From IMG/VR virus record IMGVR_UViG_3300044627_003892: 64,000 nt of DNA. One strand, written 5' to 3'. The notes below the pieces were generated by a model. It was not told the origin of the DNA. It was given only the letters and a program-made list of their open reading frames with translations, and searched no databases. The position numbers were made by a program, and so were the translations under genes. This stretch comes from a virus. Taxonomy: Duplodnaviria; Caudoviricetes. Of the stretch, positions 1-8,973 are shown one piece after another (within the stretch, counting starts at the first letter, position 1; every line of letters begins with the position of its first letter).

Positions 1-1821
1 TGACATCATTGCTGCGTTCATAGTTTGTCTTTCAATTTTTAAAACGTCCATTAAACCTTTGTTAACACTTTTTTGTAACACATCAGGTAATTGAGTTGCA
101 GCTAAGAAATAGTCTTTTTCATGAATCTCAATATTACCACTAGGAGTTTTAATAGTATCACCAACTGGTGTATAAAAACCGTCACTCATTCTTGCTGCGA
201 TTTCAGCAATTGTACCAGTAAAATTTATTGTATTAACACTGGCAACATTCATATCTTTAATTTGGTCTCCCTTTTTAGGGTCGAATAACGTATCTTTAAT
301 TTTTTTCTTTTCTTCTGTTACAAATCCGCTAACACCCGTACCTGCAATAGTACTTATTGTCACCATTTGCTCCATTATTTTTTTAAAGTCCCCTTGAATC
401 ATTGCTGCCAAAAGTTTTGTTGTATTATCTATATTTAAAGCACCACTGTTTAATTTTGATTCAAATACAGAACCAGCTCCAAAATTTTTACCAATACTAT
501 CTGCTGTCTCTTTAAATTCTTTTTTAGCGCCAGATAATAAATCTTGTCCAAGTTTTGACCCTCCAATAGTGTTTGATATTGTATTTGCAATTTTTTCCTG
601 AGCAGCAACTAATTGACCGTATTCACCTAATTGTCCTTTAGCCATTTCAATTAATTGTTTTGCTGCCGGGTCATCTTTATCAACTATTTTAGGTTTATTA
701 CTTTGTTTAATAATCTCTAAATCTTTTTCTTTAATTTCTGATAATTTTTTAGTTTGTTCAACACCGTCTTTATCAAAATAACTTACTTTATATTCTTTTC
801 CACCTCCTGCAACATTTTCTAATTGAGAAAGATTTGCAAGTAATTCTTTGTCTTCTTTTGATGCGTCAAACCCTAATCTCATTTCTGACATTTTTTTGTT
901 TAAATTAGCTGACGATAAAGCTAATTTTTCAAATTCTGCTCTGTCAATATCAAGGGCGGAAGCGACTTCTCTAAGTTGACTTTTAGCCCCTTTCATAATT
1001 TGAAAGGATTGTGTTTTTTCGTCAAAGTATGTATACTGTTTTGCTAATTTAGCAATTTCCTCTTGAAGTCCTTCAACGTCATTTTGTGCTAAATCCATTA
1101 ATTTTAAAGGGTCGGTTAACGCTGTTGCAGCACCTCCTAACCTTTGTATAGAAGCCGCCACTTCAATTGCCTTTTCGGGACTCATTAAATTTTCGGCTAA
1201 ATTAAAAGTTTGAGTCACATCAAATTTTAAGGCCTGAGCCTTTGACGCCATTTTTGCCAAACCTTCAACCCCATTTACAAAACCGTATCTATTTAATTTA
1301 TCTAAATTTCCAGTTACAGTCACAGAAACCGCTTGAGCGTTAACTCCCATTTGACTAGCAACTTCTGAAATCTTAAACATATTCTCCCCAATGTGGGCAA
1401 CCTCCATACCTACATCATAAAACGATTCTTGTAGTTTTTCAGAACCTATTCCTGAAACACTGGACGCCGCGAATAATTCAGCAGCTTGTGATTTAAGTAA
1501 AACTAAATTTCTTCCACTCGCTTTAAAAAGACCTTCTTGCATGTCAACGGCGTCACTCATTTTACCACCTAAATCAACTATTGAACTATACGAAGCGTTT
1601 AAATTTTGTTTAAGACCTAAACTATTTTCAGTTGTACGTCCCATTGTCTTAGCAAATTTAGCAGCTTCAGCGTCCATTGACTGTATAGTTGTACTAAGGG
1701 TTTTTAATCCTTCACCCATCTCCTGATATCTGCTTAATCCGGCACTCTTAATCGATTCGCCTAAAAAATCGTCAGCAGTTGGGGTGGTTCCTCCACCTCC
1801 TCCATGTAAGTAATGAAACAT
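1..1821 (-). CDS. Tape measure protein, N-terminal 607 aa (runs off the window start; absent from the ORF track)
   Basis: ATG at 1821 (MFHYLHGGGGGTTPTADDFLGES...) opens a frame with no stop to position 1. The sequence is Ala/Lys/Glu-rich and helical. It lies directly downstream of tube and chaperone genes. Confidence 0.85.
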   Translation of the reverse strand, partial: MFHYLHGGGGGTTPTADDFLGESIKSAGLSRYQEMGEGLKTLSTTIQSMDAEAAKFAKTMGRTTENSLGLKQNLNASYSSIVDLGGKMSDAVDMQEGLFKASGRNLVLLKSQAAELFAASSVSGIGSEKLQESFYDVGMEVAHIGENMFKISEVASQMGVNAQAVSVTVTGNLDKLNRYGFVNGVEGLAKMASKAQALKFDVTQTFNLAENLMSPEKAIEVAASIQRLGGAATALTDPLKLMDLAQNDVEGLQEEIAKLAKQYTYFDEKTQSFQIMKGAKSQLREVASALDIDRAEFEKLALSSANLNKKMSEMRLGFDASKEDKELLANLSQLENVAGGGKEYKVSYFDKDGVEQTKKLSEIKEKDLEIIKQSNKPKIVDKDDPAAKQLIEMAKGQLGEYGQLVAAQEKIANTISNTIGGSKLGQDLLSGAKKEFKETADSIGKNFGAGSVFESKLNSGALNIDNTTKLLAAMIQGDFKKIMEQMVTISTIAGTGVSGFVTEEKKKIKDTLFDPKKGDQIKDMNVASVNTINFTGTIAEIAARMSDGFYTPVGDTIKTPSGNIEIHEKDYFLAATQLPDVLQKSVNKGLMDVLKIERQTMNAAMMS

Positions 1822-1837
1822 AATTTAATCTTTATTA

Positions 1838-1845
1838 TATAAATA
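1838..1845 (-). promoter_or_regulatory. TATTTATA putative late-promoter motif upstream of the tape measure gene
   Basis: Sense-strand motif 16 nt before the ATG, recurring before many structural genes. Confidence 0.6.
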
Positions 1846-1850
1846 ACCTA

Positions 1851-2012
1851 CTATTCGTTTTTAGGTGTATTAATTTCAATAACCTTATCAACCAAATATC
1901 TACGGTGATAAGACGGCATTTTCATGAAATCGGAATATGACAGATGTATTTTGGAACCCAATAGATAATATTGGTCCAATAAATTTTTTAAATACTCAGA
2001 AGAAAGGGCGAA
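1851..2012 (-). CDS. Probable frameshift extension of the tail assembly chaperone (53 aa, no upstream ATG)
   Basis: The +1 frame reads FALSSEYLKNLLDQYYLLGSKIHLSYSDFMKMPSYHRRYLVDKVIEINTPKNE*. It overlaps the 3' end of 1996..2745 at GAG TTT TTT CGC. Confidence 0.65.
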   Translation of the reverse strand, partial: FALSSEYLKNLLDQYYLLGSKIHLSYSDFMKMPSYHRRYLVDKVIEINTPKNE

Positions 2013-2745
2013 AAAACTCCGCCCCAAAGGTCACACGGGTGAGTACCTTTTTTCCAGATGGGGCTGTTATTTCTCTCACTAAATCCAACTTAGGTTCGTT
2101 TTCTCTAATGAAGTTGTTTATGTATTTTGAATCCATGATTGGCATTTTAGATATAAAATCCGCAATTGCACTTTCTTCTCGGTTACCTTCAACCTCAATA
2201 ATTTGTTTAGTCAACTTCAGAGTTACTGAAGGTGAAACCATACCCTTTGGGTAAGAGTCAATCTGTCGACTAATACTTTGACTTTCTCCGTATGTTAAAA
2301 ATTTAATTTTAATTTCTTTCTTTGTTTTTGGTAAAACTAAAGAAATCAAACCTTCTGAATTAGGTTCAACATCACTTTTTTTGAAATCTAAAGACTCAAG
2401 TGTTATAGTATGTTCAAATTTCTTATCAGTTTCAGGGTCAATTAAAGTAAAATCATAATTAGCACCAAATGAAGTATTTCTTAAAAAAACCAAAATAGCC
2501 TCTAAATCACCCTCTAACATTTCTTCAGGTCTAATATCAGGTTCATATAATTTACTTCTAACTAAATTAGTAATAATTTGGTCACCACTTAAATTGTTAA
2601 CTGAAGCTAAAATGTTTTCATCGGCAGCAGTTAGATATCCAACCTTAACAGATTTTTTCTTATTTTTATAAAATCTACCCTCGCTTGGTAGTAATACCAC
2701 GTCGTGTGGAAGGTCTAAATTCATTTGATTTATATTGTCACTCAT
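1996..2745 (-). CDS. Tail assembly chaperone / T4 gp26-like baseplate hub assembly protein
   Basis: Lies between tube and tape measure. It has VVLLPSEGRFY, VGYLTAADENIL and a C-terminal FFRPFF, typical of this family. Confidence 0.7.
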   Translation of the reverse strand: MSDNINQMNLDLPHDVVLLPSEGRFYKNKKKSVKVGYLTAADENILASVNNLSGDQIITNLVRSKLYEPDIRPEEMLEGDLEAILVFLRNTSFGANYDFTLIDPETDKKFEHTITLESLDFKKSDVEPNSEGLISLVLPKTKKEIKIKFLTYGESQSISRQIDSYPKGMVSPSVTLKLTKQIIEVEGNREESAIADFISKMPIMDSKYINNFIRENEPKLDLVREITAPSGKKVLTRVTFGAEFFRPFF

Positions 2746-2788
2746 AGTTTTTTATTATAAAAATACCTTATTTTTATTTATTGTAAAT

Positions 2789-2811
2789 AAAAAAACCCAC
2801 TTTCGTGGGTT
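2789..2811 (-). terminator. Rho-independent terminator after the tube gene
   Basis: AACCCAC-GAAA-GTGGGTT followed by a T run on the minus strand. Confidence 0.8.
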
Positions 2812-2834
2812 TGAATATAAGAAAGTAAATAATA

Positions 2835-3320
2835 TTAATATAATAATATACAGTAGTCAGGTCTTAAAGATGCTTGGATAGTTACCAATCCATCTTCAGA
2901 GTAAGATAATCCTTGGAAGTCAACTTTTGTAAGGAATGTGTTTTTAAGAACCCACTTTTCAATTACAACACCTGTCGGGTCTAATAGACTTAAGAAAATA
3001 TCTCTCTTATAACCTGCAGCGTATCCCATACGTCCTGTTACAGACTCAGCATGTAGACGAACCCATTCCATCAACGCTTGTGATGCTGAAGGTCCAATTG
3101 GGTCACGGAAAGTTACAGAGATTTCTCCCCACTCATACTTACCCGCAACATAAGTTTTAGTATTTAAGAAATCAATCGCAGTAGAGTTAATCGTTAAAGA
3201 AGGTCTACTTGTTGATTCTACATACCATTCGTTAATACCCAAGTCGTTAAAAGACATGATAAACCTATTCTTCCTTTTTGGTTCGTAGGGTATCGGCATT
3301 TTCATTAATAAATCAGCCAT
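2835..3320 (-). CDS. gp19: Tail tube protein (T4 gp19-like)
   Basis: 161 aa with EPKRKNRF, YVAGKYEWGEISVTFRD and IEKWVLKNTF. Located next to the sheath gene. Confidence 0.9.
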   Translation of the reverse strand: MADLLMKMPIPYEPKRKNRFIMSFNDLGINEWYVESTSRPSLTINSTAIDFLNTKTYVAGKYEWGEISVTFRDPIGPSASQALMEWVRLHAESVTGRMGYAAGYKRDIFLSLLDPTGVVIEKWVLKNTFLTKVDFQGLSYSEDGLVTIQASLRPDYCILLY

Positions 3321-3353
3321 ATTATTTTGTTTTAAATTTTTCTTTTATTTTAT

Positions 3354-3361
3354 TATAAATA
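3354..3361 (-). promoter_or_regulatory. TATTTATA motif upstream of the tube gene
   Basis: 33 nt before the ATG. Confidence 0.6.
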
Positions 3362-3436
3362 GTCCCTATCGAAAATTTTTCTATTTACTTTAGGTTTTTT
3401 TTTATTCAAACTTGCTATAAGTCCAGTTTATAAATA

Positions 3437-4252
3437 TTAATAGTTTTGCTTTTTACCACCATGTGTTGATATTGTTTGAATAATATTTTCTGGGTCTTTT
3501 GATAATTCATCTTTAACTTTTTCTAGATTTCTTAAATCATCATCTGAAAATCCTATTTTAGGAATAAAATTATTACTAATATCATCTTTAAACATTACTG
3601 GTTTTTTAAGTATATTTGCTAAATATTTTACATATTGTTGAAACTCTCTTAAAGCATCTACCTTTCCTTTTTCGGGACTTTGAGCGGAACCGTCTCCAAA
3701 TGTTACAGGATAATACTTATTCATATCCATATAAGCATTTATAAGTTCTTTATCTTTCATATCTTCCTCACCCGCAAACTTTCTAAACTTTCTTAAATTT
3801 TTAACCAATTCTTTTTTAGATATTCCTCTAAAATTAGTTTCAATCATATTTTCGATAGCTCTACGTAAAGCCAATGGTGAATGTCCTCTTGCGGTAACAA
3901 TTGAAAAGATTGAACCCCCATTAACCGCTTCAACAAAGTCTCCCCAAGCTGGTCCTTCTTTTGCCATCATCGCGTCGATAATGAACCTCTTATCCCCCTT
4001 GGTTCCAAAATTTCTGAACGGGTCGTCAGCAAATCCAACAACTGTTTTCTTTTTATATTCAAAAGGTTCAACTCCAACTTTCACACGATATTCCGCAAAG
4101 TCTTCTGTTGACATACCAACTTCTTCACCATCTTCAGTACGAAGTATTATTTGTGTTGGCATTGTAAGAATATTATCATCCCAGTCAAAAGCATAATACT
4201 TTAAATCGGGTGTAATTTCTTCTTCAAATTTTTCTACTAAAAACATTTTCAT
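3437..4252 (-). CDS. HAD-superfamily phosphatase-like protein
   Basis: HAD motif I (FDWDD), motif II (VTARG) and motif IV (GFSDDD) are present. Confidence 0.7.
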   Translation of the reverse strand: MKMFLVEKFEEEITPDLKYYAFDWDDNILTMPTQIILRTEDGEEVGMSTEDFAEYRVKVGVEPFEYKKKTVVGFADDPFRNFGTKGDKRFIIDAMMAKEGPAWGDFVEAVNGGSIFSIVTARGHSPLALRRAIENMIETNFRGISKKELVKNLRKFRKFAGEEDMKDKELINAYMDMNKYYPVTFGDGSAQSPEKGKVDALREFQQYVKYLANILKKPVMFKDDISNNFIPKIGFSDDDLRNLEKVKDELSKDPENIIQTISTHGGKKQNY

Positions 4253-4273
4253 ATCTATAAATATTATGTAAAT

Positions 4274-4298
4274 AAAAAACCCCCACTTTCGTGAGGGT
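4274..4298 (-). terminator. Rho-independent terminator after the sheath gene
   Basis: ACCCTCAC-GAAA-GTGGGGGT followed by a T run. Shares the CAC-GAAA-GTG core with the 2789 hairpin. Confidence 0.8.
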
Positions 4299-4317
4299 CT
4301 TTTTAAATTTAAGTTAA

Positions 4318-7300
4318 TTAGATGTCTTCAAAAGACGCTCCTGTTGGTGTAATTAAGAACTCAATATCAATGAACTCTAATGCTTTAGTTGGTTTGATAT
4401 AAATCTTACCTACTAATTGGTTAGCATCTAAGTCTTCAGGAGTATTTTGTACTGTTACACGGAAGTCATATAAACCTCTGTCTCTTCTAATAGCATCTAA
4501 GATTGGATTAACAGAGTCAAGGAATTGTTGTCTAACTGTATTATCATTTTGTTCAAACAACAATCTGATAGCCACCGCAGAAATCAATTTACGAGCTTGT
4601 AATAACAATCTTCTAACGTTAATTCTGTCTAATGCTGATTCAGCAATTTGAAGAGTTTTGTTACCCCAAATGACAGTTCCAACGTCGTTGAAAGTTGCGA
4701 TTGGGTTAATTCTTCCTTTGTAAAGAGTGTCTCTATCTTCTTGAGTTAATCTCTTTCTAGCTCTAACCGCATTTACAATACCTCTTGTGTAACCCGCAGT
4801 TGCAAACCATGGGAACGCTATGTTATCAGTTAACGCTAAGTTTCTTGTAACTTCAGCAGTTGCTGGAATATAGATTTGAGTGTTATTTACTGTATCACGA
4901 GTAAGAACCCATGGATAGTAAGTTGCTGTGTAGTTAGAGTCAATTCCTGTTTGTTCTAAACTATCAACCGCTTCTTGTGGGTAAATTAAATTATCCATCG
5001 AAGTTGAGTTTTGTAATAGGTTAAAGTCAGGAGTTGTACAAACATAGATTGAATCCGCTCTTTCGTTTGTAATCATATCAATTGCAGATTCAACTAATCC
5101 ACTATTATTAACATAATCAACACCAGGTGTTACAAGAACATTGATGTTTGTTACCTCAGGATTAGCAAAAGTTCTAATACCTAACAAGTATGCGTAATAG
5201 TCGGTGTTTGCGTAATCAATTGTGCCGTCTTCAATAGTGATAATTTTAAATGAACCCCATCCTGTTGATGTTGGATATGGTGCTTGTGGACAAAAACCAG
5301 CTCTAAATTTAGTCTGCCCAAGAGCGTAAGAATCATCATTTGTTCTTCTTTCATCGTAGATATCCCATCCGTCAAAACCACCTTGTACTAAGAAACTAAA
5401 CTTTCTTGAGTATAGGAAGTAATATGGATTAGTTGAATCTGTTGGTTCAGAACTAAATGAACCATCACCAACTTCAAATTGTGTAACACCACTTACCGTT
5501 ACAACAGTTGCCCCACTATCCATGTGGAAACCTTTTGTTGTGTTTGGCCAGTTGTTGTAACTACCTTCTTCACACAAATCACCAACAGGTCTTTGTTTTC
5601 CTTTATAGTCGAAGAAATCTGCGTCAACACCTACTGAAGATGAAATACCTAAATAAGTTCTTCTTTTATTATCACCAGGACTAGTTACTGCATTATCACC
5701 ACCTGTAGAACTACCAAATGGAGGATTCGCAATTACTTCACCAGGGATTGCATAGTGTGTTTTATAGACAGGGAAAGGAGATGTACCATTAGTATAACTT
5801 CTTGTTATAAAACCTTCAAATCCACAAGGAAGAGCGTCTAACGGAGCTTCTTCATTCATTTCTAACATAATATATTTAGAAAGAATTGCGTATTCACCGT
5901 CGATAGAACCTACCTTCTTAGCCACAAAACTGTTATTTGTAGCATCTAATGTACAATTAGTGAATTTCTCAATAACTGATGGGTTAGCATCTGTATCATA
6001 GAAATCTCTAACTATCAAGTCAAATGTTCCATTGTTAAATGAGATATTTGCAATAGAAACCTTAACTTCTCTGTTTGCGGCATTTCCATCAGGAATGGTA
6101 TAAACACGGAATAATTTATAAACTAAATTACCTCTAAGTTCAGAAACAACCCAAGGAGATGAAGGTGTTTGGTATCTCTCTAAATAGAAACCAGTTGTAT
6201 CAGTATTTGTTGAAGTTCTTGCATCACCTAAAGAAATAAAATTATTAGCGTTTAATCCACGAATAAATCCTTGATTATATCCATAATCCAACATTGTTGA
6301 ATATCTTTCTTCAACAAACAAAGGAACTTCAGTTCTGTCTTTAGCGAAATTTGACACACCAAACACACTACTAATATAGTTAGCTTGTGATGTTGCAAAT
6401 GATGTCTCAAAACTAAACGTGTCGTTTTCATAAGTTCTACCTGAAATCAAGAAAGTAGCATAAGGATTTTGACTTATTCCTGAATAACTACCTGTACCAA
6501 TCATTGTTACATCAGAAGTACCTGTCACTTGATATTGTGGTCCGTGTAAGGTTGATGAATATTGAGTAATACCTCTTGAACGTAAAGTTGCAACAACAAG
6601 ATTGTTATATCCTGAATAACTTGTTCCCGAGAATCCGTAATAAAAACCTGATACCGTACCTGTAAATGAGCCTGCAACTCCGTAAGCGGTTCCCGATAAA
6701 GAAGAAACATTTGTGTAATATGAATTACCATAATATGCGTTACCGTTAGCGGGTGGAACAAAATTAGCATAGAACCAAGCGTCATTTGTACCCGAACAAT
6801 AATCAATAGTTGTTGATGTAATACTATTAACACCAAATACATTAGTTGAAGCCGTTAATCCAGCAACAATATTTGCAGTTGCTTGAGTACCTGAAACTGG
6901 ACCAAAATAATAAGCCGAAGTTCCTGATGTACTATTAGTAACTAAAATACTATGTAATTGTGTTTGTAAGTCGCCTAAAATTGTAGATGTTCCACCATCA
7001 AATTGTGTGTAACCATTAGTATAATATGTGTTTCCACTTATTACACTTGGAACCGCTGAGGTAAATTGTACAGATGTTGTTGAAGCAGTTGAACCTGTGA
7101 AATCAATAGAGAAAGATGTTCCTCCTGTTATTCCAACTGTACTGCAATTAACATTTGCAACTGTGGTTATTGACCAAGACGGTCCTGCATCATAACCTGA
7201 TAGACCTAAAATTCTTGTTACATACAATTGGTTAGATTGTTGTAGATATGATTTAGCAATATATGCCGCCTCATATTTTGGGATTTGTGTATTCACAAAT

Positions 7301-7497
7301 TTTTCAGGTAACGTACCTCCAAAATAAGTTTGGAATTCATCATAATTAGTGATGAATATAGGTTCAAATGCGGGACCCTTAAGAGTTTCACCCACAATAC
7401 CTAAAGTAGTTACACCAACACTTTGTGAAACAAAAGATAAATCTCTCTCTGAGGTATAAACACCTGGAGAAACGAATACTTTGTTTGCTGTAGCCAT
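4318..7497 (-). CDS. gp18: Contractile tail sheath protein (T4 gp18-like) with a large Ser/Thr/Gly-rich insertion
   Basis: N-terminal FVSPGVYTSERDLS. C-terminal sheath motifs PWFATAGYTRG, INPIATF, WGNKTL, RINVRRLL, IKPTKALEFI. Confidence 0.95.
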   Translation of the reverse strand: MATANKVFVSPGVYTSERDLSFVSQSVGVTTLGIVGETLKGPAFEPIFITNYDEFQTYFGGTLPEKFVNTQIPKYEAAYIAKSYLQQSNQLYVTRILGLSGYDAGPSWSITTVANVNCSTVGITGGTSFSIDFTGSTASTTSVQFTSAVPSVISGNTYYTNGYTQFDGGTSTILGDLQTQLHSILVTNSTSGTSAYYFGPVSGTQATANIVAGLTASTNVFGVNSITSTTIDYCSGTNDAWFYANFVPPANGNAYYGNSYYTNVSSLSGTAYGVAGSFTGTVSGFYYGFSGTSYSGYNNLVVATLRSRGITQYSSTLHGPQYQVTGTSDVTMIGTGSYSGISQNPYATFLISGRTYENDTFSFETSFATSQANYISSVFGVSNFAKDRTEVPLFVEERYSTMLDYGYNQGFIRGLNANNFISLGDARTSTNTDTTGFYLERYQTPSSPWVVSELRGNLVYKLFRVYTIPDGNAANREVKVSIANISFNNGTFDLIVRDFYDTDANPSVIEKFTNCTLDATNNSFVAKKVGSIDGEYAILSKYIMLEMNEEAPLDALPCGFEGFITRSYTNGTSPFPVYKTHYAIPGEVIANPPFGSSTGGDNAVTSPGDNKRRTYLGISSSVGVDADFFDYKGKQRPVGDLCEEGSYNNWPNTTKGFHMDSGATVVTVSGVTQFEVGDGSFSSEPTDSTNPYYFLYSRKFSFLVQGGFDGWDIYDERRTNDDSYALGQTKFRAGFCPQAPYPTSTGWGSFKIITIEDGTIDYANTDYYAYLLGIRTFANPEVTNINVLVTPGVDYVNNSGLVESAIDMITNERADSIYVCTTPDFNLLQNSTSMDNLIYPQEAVDSLEQTGIDSNYTATYYPWVLTRDTVNNTQIYIPATAEVTRNLALTDNIAFPWFATAGYTRGIVNAVRARKRLTQEDRDTLYKGRINPIATFNDVGTVIWGNKTLQIAESALDRINVRRLLLQARKLISAVAIRLLFEQNDNTVRQQFLDSVNPILDAIRRDRGLYDFRVTVQNTPEDLDANQLVGKIYIKPTKALEFIDIEFLITPTGASFEDI

Positions 7498-7530
7498 TTT
7501 TTAATTTAATTGTTTAAAATTTATTTATTG

Positions 7531-7537
7531 ATAAATA
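7531..7537 (-). promoter_or_regulatory. TATTTAT motif upstream of the sheath gene
   Basis: 33 nt before the ATG. Confidence 0.6.
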
Positions 7538-7579
7538 TTCTATAAAACTTGAAAAACTATTGGTCTAAAGAACTATTTA

Positions 7580-7765
7580 TTGATTAGTAAGAATAAAATC
7601 TTACTTTTTTCTACCTTGAAAATAAAGAACCTTAAGATATCTGAAGAATCACATTTGTTGTTAAAAAAACATTGCTTAAAACATGGATTGAAAATTCATA
7701 GGTTTATTGAAAAACTTATTGAATTAAATTGTTCGGAAAAAAAAGATATCTACGGAGAAAATTAA
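7580..7765 (+). CDS. Small ribbon-helix-helix-like DNA-binding protein (true start probably TTG at 7616)
   Basis: KNLKISEESHLLLKKHCLKHGLKIHRFIEKLIE fits an RHH strand-helix-helix pattern. Confidence 0.5.
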   Translation: MISKNKILLFSTLKIKNLKISEESHLLLKKHCLKHGLKIHRFIEKLIELNCSEKKDIYGEN

Positions 7766-8814
7766 ATCAGTATTGATTCAAGTTGGAAATTAGATTGTAA
7801 AGAATTATTTGTCTTAATAATCTGAATAGTTAAAACATCATTTGTATTAATCTGTATTTCTCCCGTAATAAGTTGTTGTATATCCGTCCCATAAAAAAGA
7901 CCATTAATATACATTGAGTATGATGTTATATTTTCAGAATCAATTAGTTTAATATTTGTTGTATACTCAAATGTTTGGGTATACGCCGTAGTACCAACAG
8001 GAAATAAAATATCTAAAGGTATTCTATTAGGGTTTGGTGGTATTTTGTTAACTCTTCTTTTTGTTTTTCTTGGAGCAACTTCCATAAGTAATAAAGACCT
8101 ACTTACCGCAGGTTTAACTTCAAATTCATTTTCATCAATTAAAAATCCTTGTAAAGTAAAAGAATAACTTTGGATATAATATCTACGTTTTTCTAAATCC
8201 ATAACTGACTCGTCAGAAACTTCGTCAAGTTGTATTGGAATATAGTGACCTTTAATTTGTGTGTAAGCTTGTCTTGATGAAAATTTTTCAATTATAACCT
8301 GATTGAACTTATTTAATTCTCTCATTCTGTTACAAATAATTTTAACAGAATATTTTATATCAACAGGAACAGGTTGAGGTATTGTATAAATGTCCATACC
8401 TTTTCTTTGTCCATCCCATGTTGGAACTGCTGCGTAGTAATACTGTTTTCTGTTTGGGATATTATATTTTAATGACGGTATTGTCCCAAATTTAACTTCA
8501 GGAGTTCTTATTGTAGTAATAAATGGAGGTTGAACATTCTTGTCGATATTATTAAAATCCCAAGTTTGAGTAAATTGAGACCAGTTTTGAGTGGTCATCA
8601 ATATATCCACAACTTTAATATCTTTACCTGAAACTGAAGTTCTCAAATCGTTTTTAACAAACTCTAAAAACCCACCATCTAAATCTTCATGTAATAATGA
8701 TTTAGGCAAATATGTACCATCCCTATTGATATCCTCAAGAAGTTGTTCTCTTCGTTCATAACCAACAGGTGGGTATGTAAGTGGTAACTTTTTTTTAATT
8801 TTTGGTAATGCCAT
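7762..8814 (-). CDS. Tail terminator / sheath stabilizer (T4 gp15-like)
   Basis: PVPVDIKYSVKII and NQVIIEKF motifs, plus position beside sheath and neck genes. Confidence 0.6.
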   Translation of the reverse strand: MALPKIKKKLPLTYPPVGYERREQLLEDINRDGTYLPKSLLHEDLDGGFLEFVKNDLRTSVSGKDIKVVDILMTTQNWSQFTQTWDFNNIDKNVQPPFITTIRTPEVKFGTIPSLKYNIPNRKQYYYAAVPTWDGQRKGMDIYTIPQPVPVDIKYSVKIICNRMRELNKFNQVIIEKFSSRQAYTQIKGHYIPIQLDEVSDESVMDLEKRRYYIQSYSFTLQGFLIDENEFEVKPAVSRSLLLMEVAPRKTKRRVNKIPPNPNRIPLDILFPVGTTAYTQTFEYTTNIKLIDSENITSYSMYINGLFYGTDIQQLITGEIQINTNDVLTIQIIKTNNSLQSNFQLESILI

Positions 8815-8972
8815 TATTTTTCTTCATTATTATTACCACATTTATGACAAATATATGGGTCGTTTCCTCCGTCAGATAAATCCCAAGACCATCCACAATT
8901 ACAAATCACCCTACCATCTTGTATTGATTCAACAATCATTTTTAATTGTTCTTTAGAAATAATAATTTTCAT
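8814..8972 (-). CDS. 52-aa zinc-ribbon microprotein (absent from the ORF track)
   Basis: Translates as MKIIISKEQLKMIVESIQDGRVICNCGWSWDLSDGGNDPYICHKCGNNNEEK*. It has CxC and CxxC pairs and fills the gap exactly, abutting both neighbours. Confidence 0.75.
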   Translation of the reverse strand: MKIIISKEQLKMIVESIQDGRVICNCGWSWDLSDGGNDPYICHKCGNNNEEK

Positions 8973-8973
8973 T

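Noticed and set aside
1541-2254. Plus-strand ORFs 1541..1726 and 1937..2254
   Set aside because: Antisense shadows of the tape measure and chaperone genes, with no recognisable motifs.
3981-6842. ORFs 3981..4196, 5181..5381 and 6525..6842
   Set aside because: Antisense or alternate-frame ORFs fully inside the HAD and sheath genes.
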